From an uncultured Acidobacteriota bacterium (GTDB lineage Bacteria > Acidobacteriota > Thermoanaerobaculia > Multivoradales > UBA5704), in assembly GCA_963770895.1 (NCBI GenBank), contig CAVYRF010000002.1:5632001-5696000 (forward strand): DNA of 64,000 nt, given 5' to 3'. Made by a program: the position numbers and the translations under genes. This document shows, piece by piece, positions 31,183 to 40,316 of the stretch (its first letter is position 1; each line of letters begins with the position of its first letter). The notes under the pieces are model-generated. The model worked only from the letters and a program-made list of their open reading frames with translations. It did no database searches and was not told where the DNA came from.

Positions 31183-31274
31183 TTCGCCGGGTGACCTGCC
31201 CGGCGGCGTCCGCGGCGCGGCCCTTGCGGGTAGAATCCCGGAAAACTGCGGGGTGGTCGGTCGCGGAGGGATAG

Positions 31275-32840
31275 GTGGGATTGGCGCTGTTCGAACGTCT
31301 CGGATTTGGCTGGCAGCTGTTCGATGCCCTGGCGGCGGTCGAGACGGCTTCGGTGATGACGGGCCGCATCGTGGCCGGCGTCGGCGGTCGGGAGGAGAGC
31401 TTTCTGGCCGCGGTCGAGAAGGAGATCTGGCAGGCCAGCCGGCCGCCCTATCGGGCTCTGCTCGAGATCGCCGGCTGGGATCCGGCTCGCATCCGGGGCG
31501 CGGTTGCCGAGCACGGCCTGGAGACGACGCTCGAACGAATGGCGCGCGATGGTGTGACCCTGGAGGCCGACGAGGTCAAGGGCCGCAAGCCGGTGGTGCG
31601 GCAGGGCCGAACGGTCGCCTTCCGGGATGCCGATCTTGCATCCCTTCATGGCCCGGCGGTCCCCCTGGTGACCAGCGGCACCAGCGGCTCGCGGGTCGTC
31701 TATCCGATCGATCTCGCCGGGTTCCGGCTGCAAGCGTCCTATCTGCCGGTGATGCTGGAGGCGCTCGGCGCCGACGGCCTGCCCCTGGTGCTCTACTACC
31801 CGGCGGCCTCGACTGCCGGCAATGCCCACCTGATCGCCTTCGCTCTGGCCGGCAGGCCTCCCGCGGCCTGGTTTTGCCATCTGCAGCAGTCCTCGGGCGC
31901 TCTTTCCCAGTGGCGACTGTGGTTCCGCGGCCTGGTGGCCGCGGCGCGCTTGCGGGGCGTCGTGCTGCCGTCGCCGCAGGTGGCAGACGTCGAGAGCCCG
32001 CGGACGCTGGTCGACTGGCTGCGCCGAAGGGCGCCCGCGGGAGCGGTGGTGGCGACGTTTCCGGGATCGGCGCTGCGCATCCAGCGCTGGGCGCGTTCCG
32101 TCGGCGCGACCCTGCCGCCGGTGACGTGGATTCTGGGCGGTGAGCCGGTGAGCGCGGTCAAGCGCCAGCGGCTCGAAGAGGACGGTCACCGGGTCTACCC
32201 GTGGTACGGCGCCGTCGACACCGGCCGCATCGCCATCGGCTGCCTTGCGCCCGCGAGCGCCAATGACATGCATCTGCTCACGGATCGCTACGCGGCGATC
32301 ATGCCGTACCCGGCCGGGGACGATGCGGCGGGCGGCGAGCGGAGGTTGCTGCTGACCTCCCTGATTCCCGAGGTCCATCGGCGCATGTTGAATGCCGACA
32401 TCGGCGACCTGGCGGCGCCGCTCGAGCGCCGGTGCGGCTGCGCGTTCGAGCGGCTGGGCCTGGTGCGCCACCTGCACGCGGTCCACAGCAAGCAGAAGCT
32501 CACCGTGGAAGGTGCCACGCTCTCCGCGGAGACGGTGCAGTCGCTGGCCAGCGACCTGTTGCCGGCGGCTTGCGGCGGTTCGCCGACCGACTACCAGATC
32601 CTCGAAGAAGAGGACGGCGCCGGCGTCACGCGCCTGGTCGTGCTGGTGCATCCGGCCCTGACCGCCGACGAGCAGGCGGTGCTGCACACGGTCGACCGCG
32701 TGCTGGCGGTGGCGGGCGGCGGCGGCACCGCCGAGCGATTGCGGCGCTCCGGCGTGGTGACCGTCCGCCGCGAGACACCGCGCATGAGCGCCGCCGGCAA
32801 GTCGCAGTCGGTGGCGCGGGCCGGACGGACGCCGGGATGA
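31275..32840 (+). CDS. PaaK/CapK-like adenylate-forming (ANL) enzyme
   Basis: TSGTSG, GGEP, YGAVD, IGD, KLTVEG, SAAGK motifs in ANL order; ggagg RBS. Confidence 0.8.
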   Translation: MGLALFERLGFGWQLFDALAAVETASVMTGRIVAGVGGREESFLAAVEKEIWQASRPPYRALLEIAGWDPARIRGAVAEHGLETTLERMARDGVTLEADEVKGRKPVVRQGRTVAFRDADLASLHGPAVPLVTSGTSGSRVVYPIDLAGFRLQASYLPVMLEALGADGLPLVLYYPAASTAGNAHLIAFALAGRPPAAWFCHLQQSSGALSQWRLWFRGLVAAARLRGVVLPSPQVADVESPRTLVDWLRRRAPAGAVVATFPGSALRIQRWARSVGATLPPVTWILGGEPVSAVKRQRLEEDGHRVYPWYGAVDTGRIAIGCLAPASANDMHLLTDRYAAIMPYPAGDDAAGGERRLLLTSLIPEVHRRMLNADIGDLAAPLERRCGCAFERLGLVRHLHAVHSKQKLTVEGATLSAETVQSLASDLLPAACGGSPTDYQILEEEDGAGVTRLVVLVHPALTADEQAVLHTVDRVLAVAGGGGTAERLRRSGVVTVRRETPRMSAAGKSQSVARAGRTPG

Positions 32841-33673
32841 CCGGCGTGGCCGTCCGCGCGGCGGAGGAACGCGACGCTCCCGGCGTGCGTCAGCTCTGCG
32901 CCCGGCTCGACCGCTGCGACTACCTGCTGAGCGCCTGGGGCCGCTGGATGCGGACGCCCGGCGATCTCAACCTGGTCGCGGAGTCGGCAGGCCGCGTCGT
33001 CGGTTGCGTGCACGCCGGGCTGCTTTCGGCGAGCGAAACGTTCCTGCAGGGACTGCGGGTCGATCCGGGCGTGCGGCGGCGGGGCGTGGGCAGCCGGCTG
33101 ATGGCGGAGCTCGACGCGCGCCTGCGCCAGCGCGGGCTCGCGGTCCAGCGCGCGGTTACCGCGAAGGACAACGGCGCGGCGCGCCGCCTGCTGGCCGCTC
33201 TGGGCTGGCGTGAGGTGCATGCCGTGGCGCGGCGCCGGCGGCAGTCCGTGCACGTCGCGGGCGCCGGCCTGGAACGGCCATCGCGGGAGTCGGTCGCGGC
33301 GATCGCCGGCCGCCATCCCATGGTCGCCAGCCGGCCCGGGCAGGCGTTTTTCCACCGCATCTACTTTGCCGCCTCGGCGGCCTGGGTCGCGGACGCGGTG
33401 GGCGCCGGGCAGGTCCTGGGCGACGGCGACGCCTGCGCCTTCCTCGACCCGCCCAGCGACGGTACGCTCTGGCTGCATTCCTTCGCCGGACCCGCGGCAT
33501 CCTCGCTGCGGCTCCTCGCCGGGCTGATCGATGCGCGCGCCGGCGGCCGCGGCACGGTCATCATCGAGGCGCCCGCCGACGCCGAGATCCAGGGCGCCCT
33601 GGATGCGCTCGGCTTCGAGCCCGCGGGCCCGCACGACCGCTACGTGGTGGTGGAAAACCCGCTGCGTGGATAG
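32837..33673 (+). CDS. GNAT acyltransferase (N-terminal GNAT + degenerate second domain)
   Basis: LRVDPGVRRRGVGSRLM, N.AARRLL..LGW; ATGA-coupled. Confidence 0.85.
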   Translation: MTGVAVRAAEERDAPGVRQLCARLDRCDYLLSAWGRWMRTPGDLNLVAESAGRVVGCVHAGLLSASETFLQGLRVDPGVRRRGVGSRLMAELDARLRQRGLAVQRAVTAKDNGAARRLLAALGWREVHAVARRRRQSVHVAGAGLERPSRESVAAIAGRHPMVASRPGQAFFHRIYFAASAAWVADAVGAGQVLGDGDACAFLDPPSDGTLWLHSFAGPAASSLRLLAGLIDARAGGRGTVIIEAPADAEIQGALDALGFEPAGPHDRYVVVENPLRG

Positions 33674-35663
33674 CGCTCTGCTGGCGCTGCGCCAGCTGCT
33701 GGCGCTGGCGGCGCTGACGACCGTCGCCGTCCTCTGGGGACGGCGGGCGATGGCGCTGATCCTGGGCAAGACGCCGCCCACGAGCGGGCTGGAAGGCTGG
33801 GGCTTCGCGGTCGCCTGCGGGCTCGCCACCTTGGGCACCGCGCTGTTCGTGCTCGGCCTGGCCGGTGGTCTGACGCCGCTCGCCGTCGCGCTGCTGGCGG
33901 CGTGCGGCGTCCTGGCGTGGAGAACCGCGGGCACGCGGCAGGCCGCTCCGGCCGCGCCGATCGATCCGGCGGCGCCGGTCGCCGTGCCGGTCGGCCGCGC
34001 CACGATCGTGCTCGGTGCGCTCCTGATGCTGCCAGCCTTTGTGCTCTCCCTGTACCCGCCGAACGGCTTTGACGAGACCACCTACCACCTGCCGCTCGCC
34101 GCCGCCTTCGCGCGCAGCCACCACCTGGTGCTGGTCCCCGACGTTCTCTACCCGGTCTCACCGCAGCTCCTGGAGCTGCTGTTCACGGCGCTGCTGCTGA
34201 CCGCGGGGGACGTTGCGACGCACACCGTCCAGTTCCTGTGCCTGGGAGCGATCGCCGCGGCGGTGTTCGCGGCGGGGGAGCGGTATGCCGGCCGCCGCGC
34301 GGGGGTGGTCGCCGCCGCCCTGTGGCTCGCCAACCCGCTGGTCCACTACCAGGCTGCCAGCGCCTACGTCGATCTCGGCCTGACGCTCTTCGTCTTGCTG
34401 GCGATCCTGGCGTGGGAGCGCTGGCAGGCGGGGGAGTCGCCGCGCTGGCTGGTCGCCGCCGGCGTGCTGGCCGGATCTGCCGCCGCCACCAAGCACCTGG
34501 GGCTGCTCTGGCTGGCGCTGCTGGCGCTGGCGACCTGGGGCGCGGCTCCCCGCGGCCGGCGCTGGCGGACCACGGCGCTCTACCTGGCCGGCGCCGGCGT
34601 GACGCTCGCGCCATGGGCCGCCCGCAGCCTCTGGGAGACCGGGAATCCCATCTTTCCGCTGCTCTCCGGCTGGTTTACGGGCACCGGCTCGCGGCTCGAG
34701 CAGGCCGCCGGCGTGCCGCTCGCCGCGGCCTGGCTGGGCTCGCGCCAGTGGGCCGCGGCAACCCTATCCGTGCTGCGCCAGCCGTGGACGCTGCTGGCGC
34801 TGCCATGGCGAGCCGCCTTCGATCGCGGGAGCTTCCACCTCCAGGCGCCGCTGTCGCCGTACCCGCTGCTGCTCCTTCCCCTGGTCGCCTGGCAGGCGGT
34901 GCGGGATCGCCGGCTGCGCCGCTGGCTGCTGCTGATCGTCGCCTACGCGGCGCTCGGCACCACGGCCGATCTGCGCTTCCAGCTGCCGAGCGCCGCGCTC
35001 TTCGCGGTCGCCGGCGGGATCGCGGTGACGCGGGCATTGGAGTCGCCGCAGCTGGCGCGCTGGGCGCGTCCGGGGAGCGTCGCAGTCCTGGCGCTGGCGA
35101 TCGCCGCGCTCGGCCCCCTCTACGCCTGCTACAAGGTGTGGCGGCACGGTCCGCCGCCGGCGACCGCCGCCGCGCGGGAGACTTTCCTGGCGCGGGAGCT
35201 GCCCGGCTATCGCGCCATCGCGCTGCTCAATCAGCGCTGCGGCGCAAGCTACACGGTGTTTGCCTTCGATGCCGAGAACCTGACCTACTACGCCCAGGGA
35301 CGGTTCCTGGGCCAGCGCGGCGGCCCGTTCGCCCAACGCCCGCTGGCGCCGCTACGCCGCGACCCCGGCGGTCTGGCCGCGGCGCTCAGCCGCTGGAGCG
35401 TCGACGACCTCCTGGTCAATCACCCGCTCCCCGCCGCCGTCCCCTTCGCGGCGGAAGCCGGCCGCGCGCCGCTGGCGCGGTGGTTTCAACCCCTGCCGAC
35501 CGGGCCGTGGCCCGACGCCGAGCTGTTCGTGCTGCTCGACGGGCAGGGGCGCCCGCGCGCCTCCGCGTTCTCCCAGGTGGGCTCGCAGCGACTGCTTCCC
35601 ATCGGGTGCCGGCTGATCCAAGCCACAGGTGAGCCGGCCGTCGAGGATCGTCAGCGGCACTGA
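33666..35663 (+). CDS. GT-C fold (ArnT/PMT-like) membrane glycosyltransferase
   Basis: Many TMs; FDETTYHLP, AYVD, ATK, TGNPIFP, RFQLP; overlaps the GNAT stop. Confidence 0.75.
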   Translation: MDSALLALRQLLALAALTTVAVLWGRRAMALILGKTPPTSGLEGWGFAVACGLATLGTALFVLGLAGGLTPLAVALLAACGVLAWRTAGTRQAAPAAPIDPAAPVAVPVGRATIVLGALLMLPAFVLSLYPPNGFDETTYHLPLAAAFARSHHLVLVPDVLYPVSPQLLELLFTALLLTAGDVATHTVQFLCLGAIAAAVFAAGERYAGRRAGVVAAALWLANPLVHYQAASAYVDLGLTLFVLLAILAWERWQAGESPRWLVAAGVLAGSAAATKHLGLLWLALLALATWGAAPRGRRWRTTALYLAGAGVTLAPWAARSLWETGNPIFPLLSGWFTGTGSRLEQAAGVPLAAAWLGSRQWAAATLSVLRQPWTLLALPWRAAFDRGSFHLQAPLSPYPLLLLPLVAWQAVRDRRLRRWLLLIVAYAALGTTADLRFQLPSAALFAVAGGIAVTRALESPQLARWARPGSVAVLALAIAALGPLYACYKVWRHGPPPATAAARETFLARELPGYRAIALLNQRCGASYTVFAFDAENLTYYAQGRFLGQRGGPFAQRPLAPLRRDPGGLAAALSRWSVDDLLVNHPLPAAVPFAAEAGRAPLARWFQPLPTGPWPDAELFVLLDGQGRPRASAFSQVGSQRLLPIGCRLIQATGEPAVEDRQRH

Positions 35664-35719
35664 GCGCCTGTGCCCCGGCCTTTGGCTGCAGCCACGGGCC
35701 AAGAGGGGCGCAGTTCCCG

Positions 35720-36706
35720 TTGCAAACCGCGGCCGGCAGCGACCTGGGCGGATGTTGCGCCCGCGCGAGCCTCTACGCATCGGATGGCACCGCGGCCGGC
35801 AGCGCCGTCCTCACCCGCGCCGCGGACGATCCCGACTACATCCCGCTCCTCCTGCCGGACCTGTATCTGTTCGCCAACTTCGGCGGCAACGAGGTGCTCT
35901 TCAGCAATCACGCCACCGGGCTCTGGGTGAGCGACGGCACCGCCAAGGGTACCCGGCAGCTGTTCGCCGCCACGCAGAGTCAGGTCCCAGGGCGTTTCAC
36001 GCCCGTCGCCGCGCTGGGCGCGAAGCTGATCTTCGCCGGCCACCGGATCGGTGGCCCCAGCTGCGATCCGGGAGAGATCGAGCCCTGGGTCACCGACGGT
36101 GTGCGAGCCCACACCCGCGAGCTGAAAGACCTCAATCCATACTTTTACGACGGCGGCGGCTCGCAGTGCGAAGGCCTGCCGCTTTCGTCCTATCCCGGAC
36201 CGGGTGTCGCGCTGGGCGCGGAGGCCCTTTTCGCCGCCGACGACCTGGTGCACGGCCGCGAGCTCTTCGCCTCGGACGGCACGGCAGCCGGCACGCGCCT
36301 GGTGGCAGACATCAACCCGGCAAAGATCCCCAATACGATCACCGATCCGCCAGGCGTGCCGGCGAACGCGGGTGTCGGATCGGACCCGACGGACCTGGTG
36401 GTGCTCGGCAGCCATGTGCTGTTCGTGGCCGACGACGGCACCACGGGGCGGCAGCTGTGGATCACCAACGCCACCGGGCGCGGCACGTACCAGGTGACGA
36501 ACTGGACGGCGGCTGAGGACGGCTCGTCACCGCACGACCTGGGGACCTGGAGGCTGGCCGACATCGCACCCGGTGCCGCGTCGAGCAACCCCGGGCCTTT
36601 CGCCGTAGCCGGAAACCAGGTGCTCTTCGGCGCCGACGACGGTGAGCACGGCCGCGAGCTGTGGGCTCTGCCGGTGAGCGCGGTGACCGCCGGCACCGCG
36701 CCCTGA
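35720..36706 (+). pseudogene. ELWxxDGT-repeat protein, probably 5'-truncated
   Basis: LWVSDGT, PWVTDG, GRELFASDGT, HGRELW repeats; no signal peptide or clear start. Confidence 0.6.
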
Positions 36707-36713
36707 GCGGCGA

Positions 36714-36750
36714 CGGCAGGGCGGGGCACCGCCGGCTCCCCGCCCTGCCG
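36714..36750. terminator. Hairpin between convergent genes
   Basis: cggcagggcgggg...ccccgccctgccg. Confidence 0.55.
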
Positions 36751-36782
36751 CGCTCCGCCGGCCGGTGCATCAGGCTGGCGGC

Positions 36783-39700
36783 TCAGGGGGTGAAGGCGGT
36801 GTCGTCCAGGCCGCCGCAGTAGTTGCCGGCGGCGTTGTGGTAGGTCTTGATCTGGCCGCTCCTGGTGTCGGTCACGGTCAGGGTGTATTCCAGGTCGGAC
36901 AGGGTGCCGTAGAAGACCGCGATCCGGTTGCCGAGGTCGAGGACCTTGACCAGCAGCTCGAGGTCCGCGGGATCGGTGAAGTAGAAGGCGCCGGTGAGAT
37001 TGCCGGCGAGCGGCACCGCCCCGCCGGTGCCGCTCGTGCCGTTGCCAGGGTTGGACCACTGGATGGCGAGCGCAAAACGGCTGGCCATCAAGCAGAGAGT
37101 GCCGGAGCCTGGGCGGCAGGTGCCGCTGGCGCCCGGTGCTGCCGCGGCCAACGGTGCCAGGCGGGCGCCGGCCGCTGCGCTGGGCATCGCGCTGCCCGCT
37201 TCTCCGGTCGCGGCGCTGATCGTTGCGCCGGCCGCCGCGCCGGCGCGCTTGCGGCTGCTCTTGGTGAAACCGACCTCATCGATCGCGCCGCAGTTGCCGG
37301 GCGTGTTCTTGTAGGTCTTGACGGTTCCGGTGACCACGTCGGTGACGGTCATGGAGAAGAGCAGGTCGGTGAGCTCACCGTAGAACACCTTGAAGTTGGC
37401 GCCAAAATCCAGGATCTTGACGATCAGCTCCACGTTGGTCGGGTCGGTGAAGGTGAAGAACCCGGCATCGTCGGTGCGGGTGATGGCGGACGCCTGGCCG
37501 CTGGTGCTGTTGTACTGGTTTTCCCAGGCGGCTTGCACCTGGAAGCGGCCGGAGGCAAGGCAAAGGGTATTGACGCCGGGGGTGCAGTGTCCAGGCGTCG
37601 CGGGGGGAGCAGGGGGCGTGGGAGGCTGTGCACTGCCGCTCGGGCTGTAGTCCCAGATCCCCCGACCAAAGGTGGCGAAGCGCACGACCCCGGCCGCCGG
37701 CACGCCTTCGACGGAGTTGTAGATGGTCTGCGGCGCACCGCCGGCAGCGGTCAGCAGGTCGACCCAGGTGCCGGCGCCGGAGTCGTAGCGGTATGGACCG
37801 CCGTCGGTCGCGGCGTAGACGTTCTCGGTCGCGGGGCCGTCGAACGCCAGGTCTTCCAGAGAGTCGGCCGGCAGGCCGTTGGACATGTCGCTCCAGGTGG
37901 CACCGCCGTCGGTCGACTTGTAGACCGCGGCCTGTGCGCCCGTGCCACCGGCATAGCAGGTCAGCGGGTCTTGCGACGAAGCCAGCACGGCGGCGCCCGA
38001 CAGGCCTGAGGCCGGTTGCGAGCTGGTCCAGGTGACGCCGTGATCGTGCGACGCCCAGACGGTGCCTGCGCTGGTGATGGCGTACCAGTAGCTGCCGTTG
38101 GCCGCCGAGATCGCCAGCGACTGCACGTAGTCGGTGCCGCCGCTGCCGGAAAAGTCCTGCGGCAGCATGACGGCGGGCGGCTGAGGCTGCTGATCGACGT
38201 CCGGCACGCGCCAGATGTGATCGCCCCCCACGTAGACGCTCTTCGCATCCTCGGGATCGGCCAGGAGATACGGCAGGAACGGGCGCTGGGTGAACGGCGG
38301 CATCGCCACGTGCGTCCAGGGGCCCTCCTGCGCTGGATCGGCGACGAATCCGATGGAGCCGACGCCGGAGACGAAGAGATTCGTGAAGTCGCCGGCGCTC
38401 GACGAGATGTGGCCGCTGTCACCGGGATACGGCTGGTCGAAGGGCATCACTCCCGGACCCGGATGGGAGATCTGCAGCCCCTGGTCCTGCGCGCCTGCGG
38501 CGATCTGGTCGGGATTGCGCGGACTGGTGTAGGAGCTGTAGTACTGGGAATCGGGAAAGCCCTGGAGCGTGATGTTCTGCACCGTGGCACCGCTGTCGAA
38601 GGACACGTAGCTGCCGCCGTCGGTGTTGACGAACAGGGCTTCGCGCCCCTGCCACATGGCGCACTCGATGCCGTCGATGTCGATGTGGAGCTGGCTTGCC
38701 GGGTGATCGGCGTAGTCGAAGCCGATCTGCGTGAAGGTCCGGCCGCCGTCCGTCGAGCGGTAGGCGAAGATGCCCCCGAACAGGACCAGGTTGGGGTTGT
38801 GGATCGAAGTCCCGATGCCGCTGTTGCCGCTGTAGAAGATGCCGGTGGTGTCGAAACGCTCCTGCCAGGTCTTGCCGCCGTCTTCAGAGGCATAGAGGTT
38901 CCACACCGGGCTGGTCTGCACGTTCTGCCTGAGCGTGGCATAGAGGGTCGGACCGCCGGCCTCCGAGCCGCCCAGCACCGCGCTGACGGTGCTGCCCGGA
39001 CCGGCCGCTCCGAGCTGCGAGAAGGTGGCGCCGTGATCGCTCGAGGCCATCAGCTGGCCGTTCTGGAGCATCACGTAGATCGGCCCCGAGGCGGTGCGGC
39101 TGGTCCAGATGCCGGGGCCGCTGGCAGTGTTCGGCGGGGAGGTGAGCGGCAGGGTGGCCTGCCCGGTGAAGGTCTGGCCGCCGTCGGTCGACAGAAAGAC
39201 CTGCGCCTGGGTGTCGCTGATCGCGGCGAACAGGTAGACCGTGCTCGGGTTGCCGCCGTCGTGAAGCAGTCCGAACACATCGGTCCCCTGCGGCGCCCCG
39301 GTCGGCACCGACCAGGTGGCGCCGCCGTCGCTGCTGACCTCCGGCGGCGAGAAGTAGCCCGCCGCCGCCCAGATCTGGGGGGGACCGGGCGTCACCACCA
39401 GATAGCGGACGCCGAAGCTCCAGATGCCCAGCTCGAGGCTGTCGCCGCGCGGCTGCCAGCCGGCCTGAGGCGTTCCCTGAAAGATGCTGCCGCCGGCCGT
39501 GCCGACCAGCAGGCTCTGGCCGTCGGGGGAGACGACGGTGACCTGGGTCCGGCCGGCCTGGCTGGAGCTGCCGCGCTGGGTCCAGCTGCCCGGGTCGGCG
39601 GTGCCGCCGGCGCTCGTCAGGCCTCGCCCCATCGCGGCGCGCCGCAGGCGCAGGAGAGCTTCCCGCCGTGGATCGCCGGCGATCGCCGTCAGGCTGCCTC

Positions 39701-39944
39701 CCGACAGCGAACCGGGGAGCGCCTTCTGCTCCTCCTCGACCTCGACGCTCTGGGCCGCCTTGGCCGTCCGCGACGCCGCGGAGCCCGGCGAGAGGTTGGC
39801 CCGCACCGCCACGGTCACGCAGCCACAAAACGGCAGGACCGCGCCGGAAACCGCCAAAGCCAGTGCCACGGAGCGAACCCTCCCCTGCGCGCGGACCGCC
39901 GCGATCAGGGCAGTGGAGCACAGTCGCCCAGCAGAGATCATCAT
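36783..39944 (-). CDS. Secreted BNR/Asp-box (VPS10-like) propeller protein with two tandem C-terminal domains
   Basis: Repeated S.DGG.TW; LHIDI, GAQDQG, ATFGRGIW; two LCL..GRF...F.DP..ELxVKxLD domains. Confidence 0.85.
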   Translation of the reverse strand: MMISAGRLCSTALIAAVRAQGRVRSVALALAVSGAVLPFCGCVTVAVRANLSPGSAASRTAKAAQSVEVEEEQKALPGSLSGGSLTAIAGDPRREALLRLRRAAMGRGLTSAGGTADPGSWTQRGSSSQAGRTQVTVVSPDGQSLLVGTAGGSIFQGTPQAGWQPRGDSLELGIWSFGVRYLVVTPGPPQIWAAAGYFSPPEVSSDGGATWSVPTGAPQGTDVFGLLHDGGNPSTVYLFAAISDTQAQVFLSTDGGQTFTGQATLPLTSPPNTASGPGIWTSRTASGPIYVMLQNGQLMASSDHGATFSQLGAAGPGSTVSAVLGGSEAGGPTLYATLRQNVQTSPVWNLYASEDGGKTWQERFDTTGIFYSGNSGIGTSIHNPNLVLFGGIFAYRSTDGGRTFTQIGFDYADHPASQLHIDIDGIECAMWQGREALFVNTDGGSYVSFDSGATVQNITLQGFPDSQYYSSYTSPRNPDQIAAGAQDQGLQISHPGPGVMPFDQPYPGDSGHISSSAGDFTNLFVSGVGSIGFVADPAQEGPWTHVAMPPFTQRPFLPYLLADPEDAKSVYVGGDHIWRVPDVDQQPQPPAVMLPQDFSGSGGTDYVQSLAISAANGSYWYAITSAGTVWASHDHGVTWTSSQPASGLSGAAVLASSQDPLTCYAGGTGAQAAVYKSTDGGATWSDMSNGLPADSLEDLAFDGPATENVYAATDGGPYRYDSGAGTWVDLLTAAGGAPQTIYNSVEGVPAAGVVRFATFGRGIWDYSPSGSAQPPTPPAPPATPGHCTPGVNTLCLASGRFQVQAAWENQYNSTSGQASAITRTDDAGFFTFTDPTNVELIVKILDFGANFKVFYGELTDLLFSMTVTDVVTGTVKTYKNTPGNCGAIDEVGFTKSSRKRAGAAAGATISAATGEAGSAMPSAAAGARLAPLAAAAPGASGTCRPGSGTLCLMASRFALAIQWSNPGNGTSGTGGAVPLAGNLTGAFYFTDPADLELLVKVLDLGNRIAVFYGTLSDLEYTLTVTDTRSGQIKTYHNAAGNYCGGLDDTAFTP

Positions 39945-39978
39945 AGCGAATGATCCTTTCTTGGTGATGACTTGCTCC

Positions 39979-40007
39979 AATGTATACAACTGCACACAAA
40001 ACGTCAA
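39979..40007 (-). promoter_or_regulatory. Sigma70 promoter of the BNR gene
   Basis: TTGACG-17bp-TACATT. Confidence 0.65.
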
Positions 40008-40316
40008 ATGCAATGCTGCCCTGTTGTCATCGTTGCGGTGCAGGTGGCCGGGCGGCCTGTCTGGAGGCACACCGATGGGCTTGGAAGGGCTGCGCGTGCT
40101 TGTGGAAGCGCCCCAGCCGGCGCGCCGCCTGGCGGGAACGGGCCGGCGCCATCGCCGGCTGAGCCTGGGGGCGGTTCGTCGATCGGCGGTTCGTCGATCG
40201 GCAAGCGGCGGATCAGAGGATGAGGGGCAGGTCGCCTTCTGCCGCGACCCGCTCGACGCGCGGGGCGGCGCCGGCGGCCCACAGGTCGGGGCGCGGTGGA
40301 GCGCTGGCGAAAAATT

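Noticed and set aside
40170-40202. Tandem ggcggttcgtcgatc x2
   Set aside because: Only two copies with no spacers; not a CRISPR array
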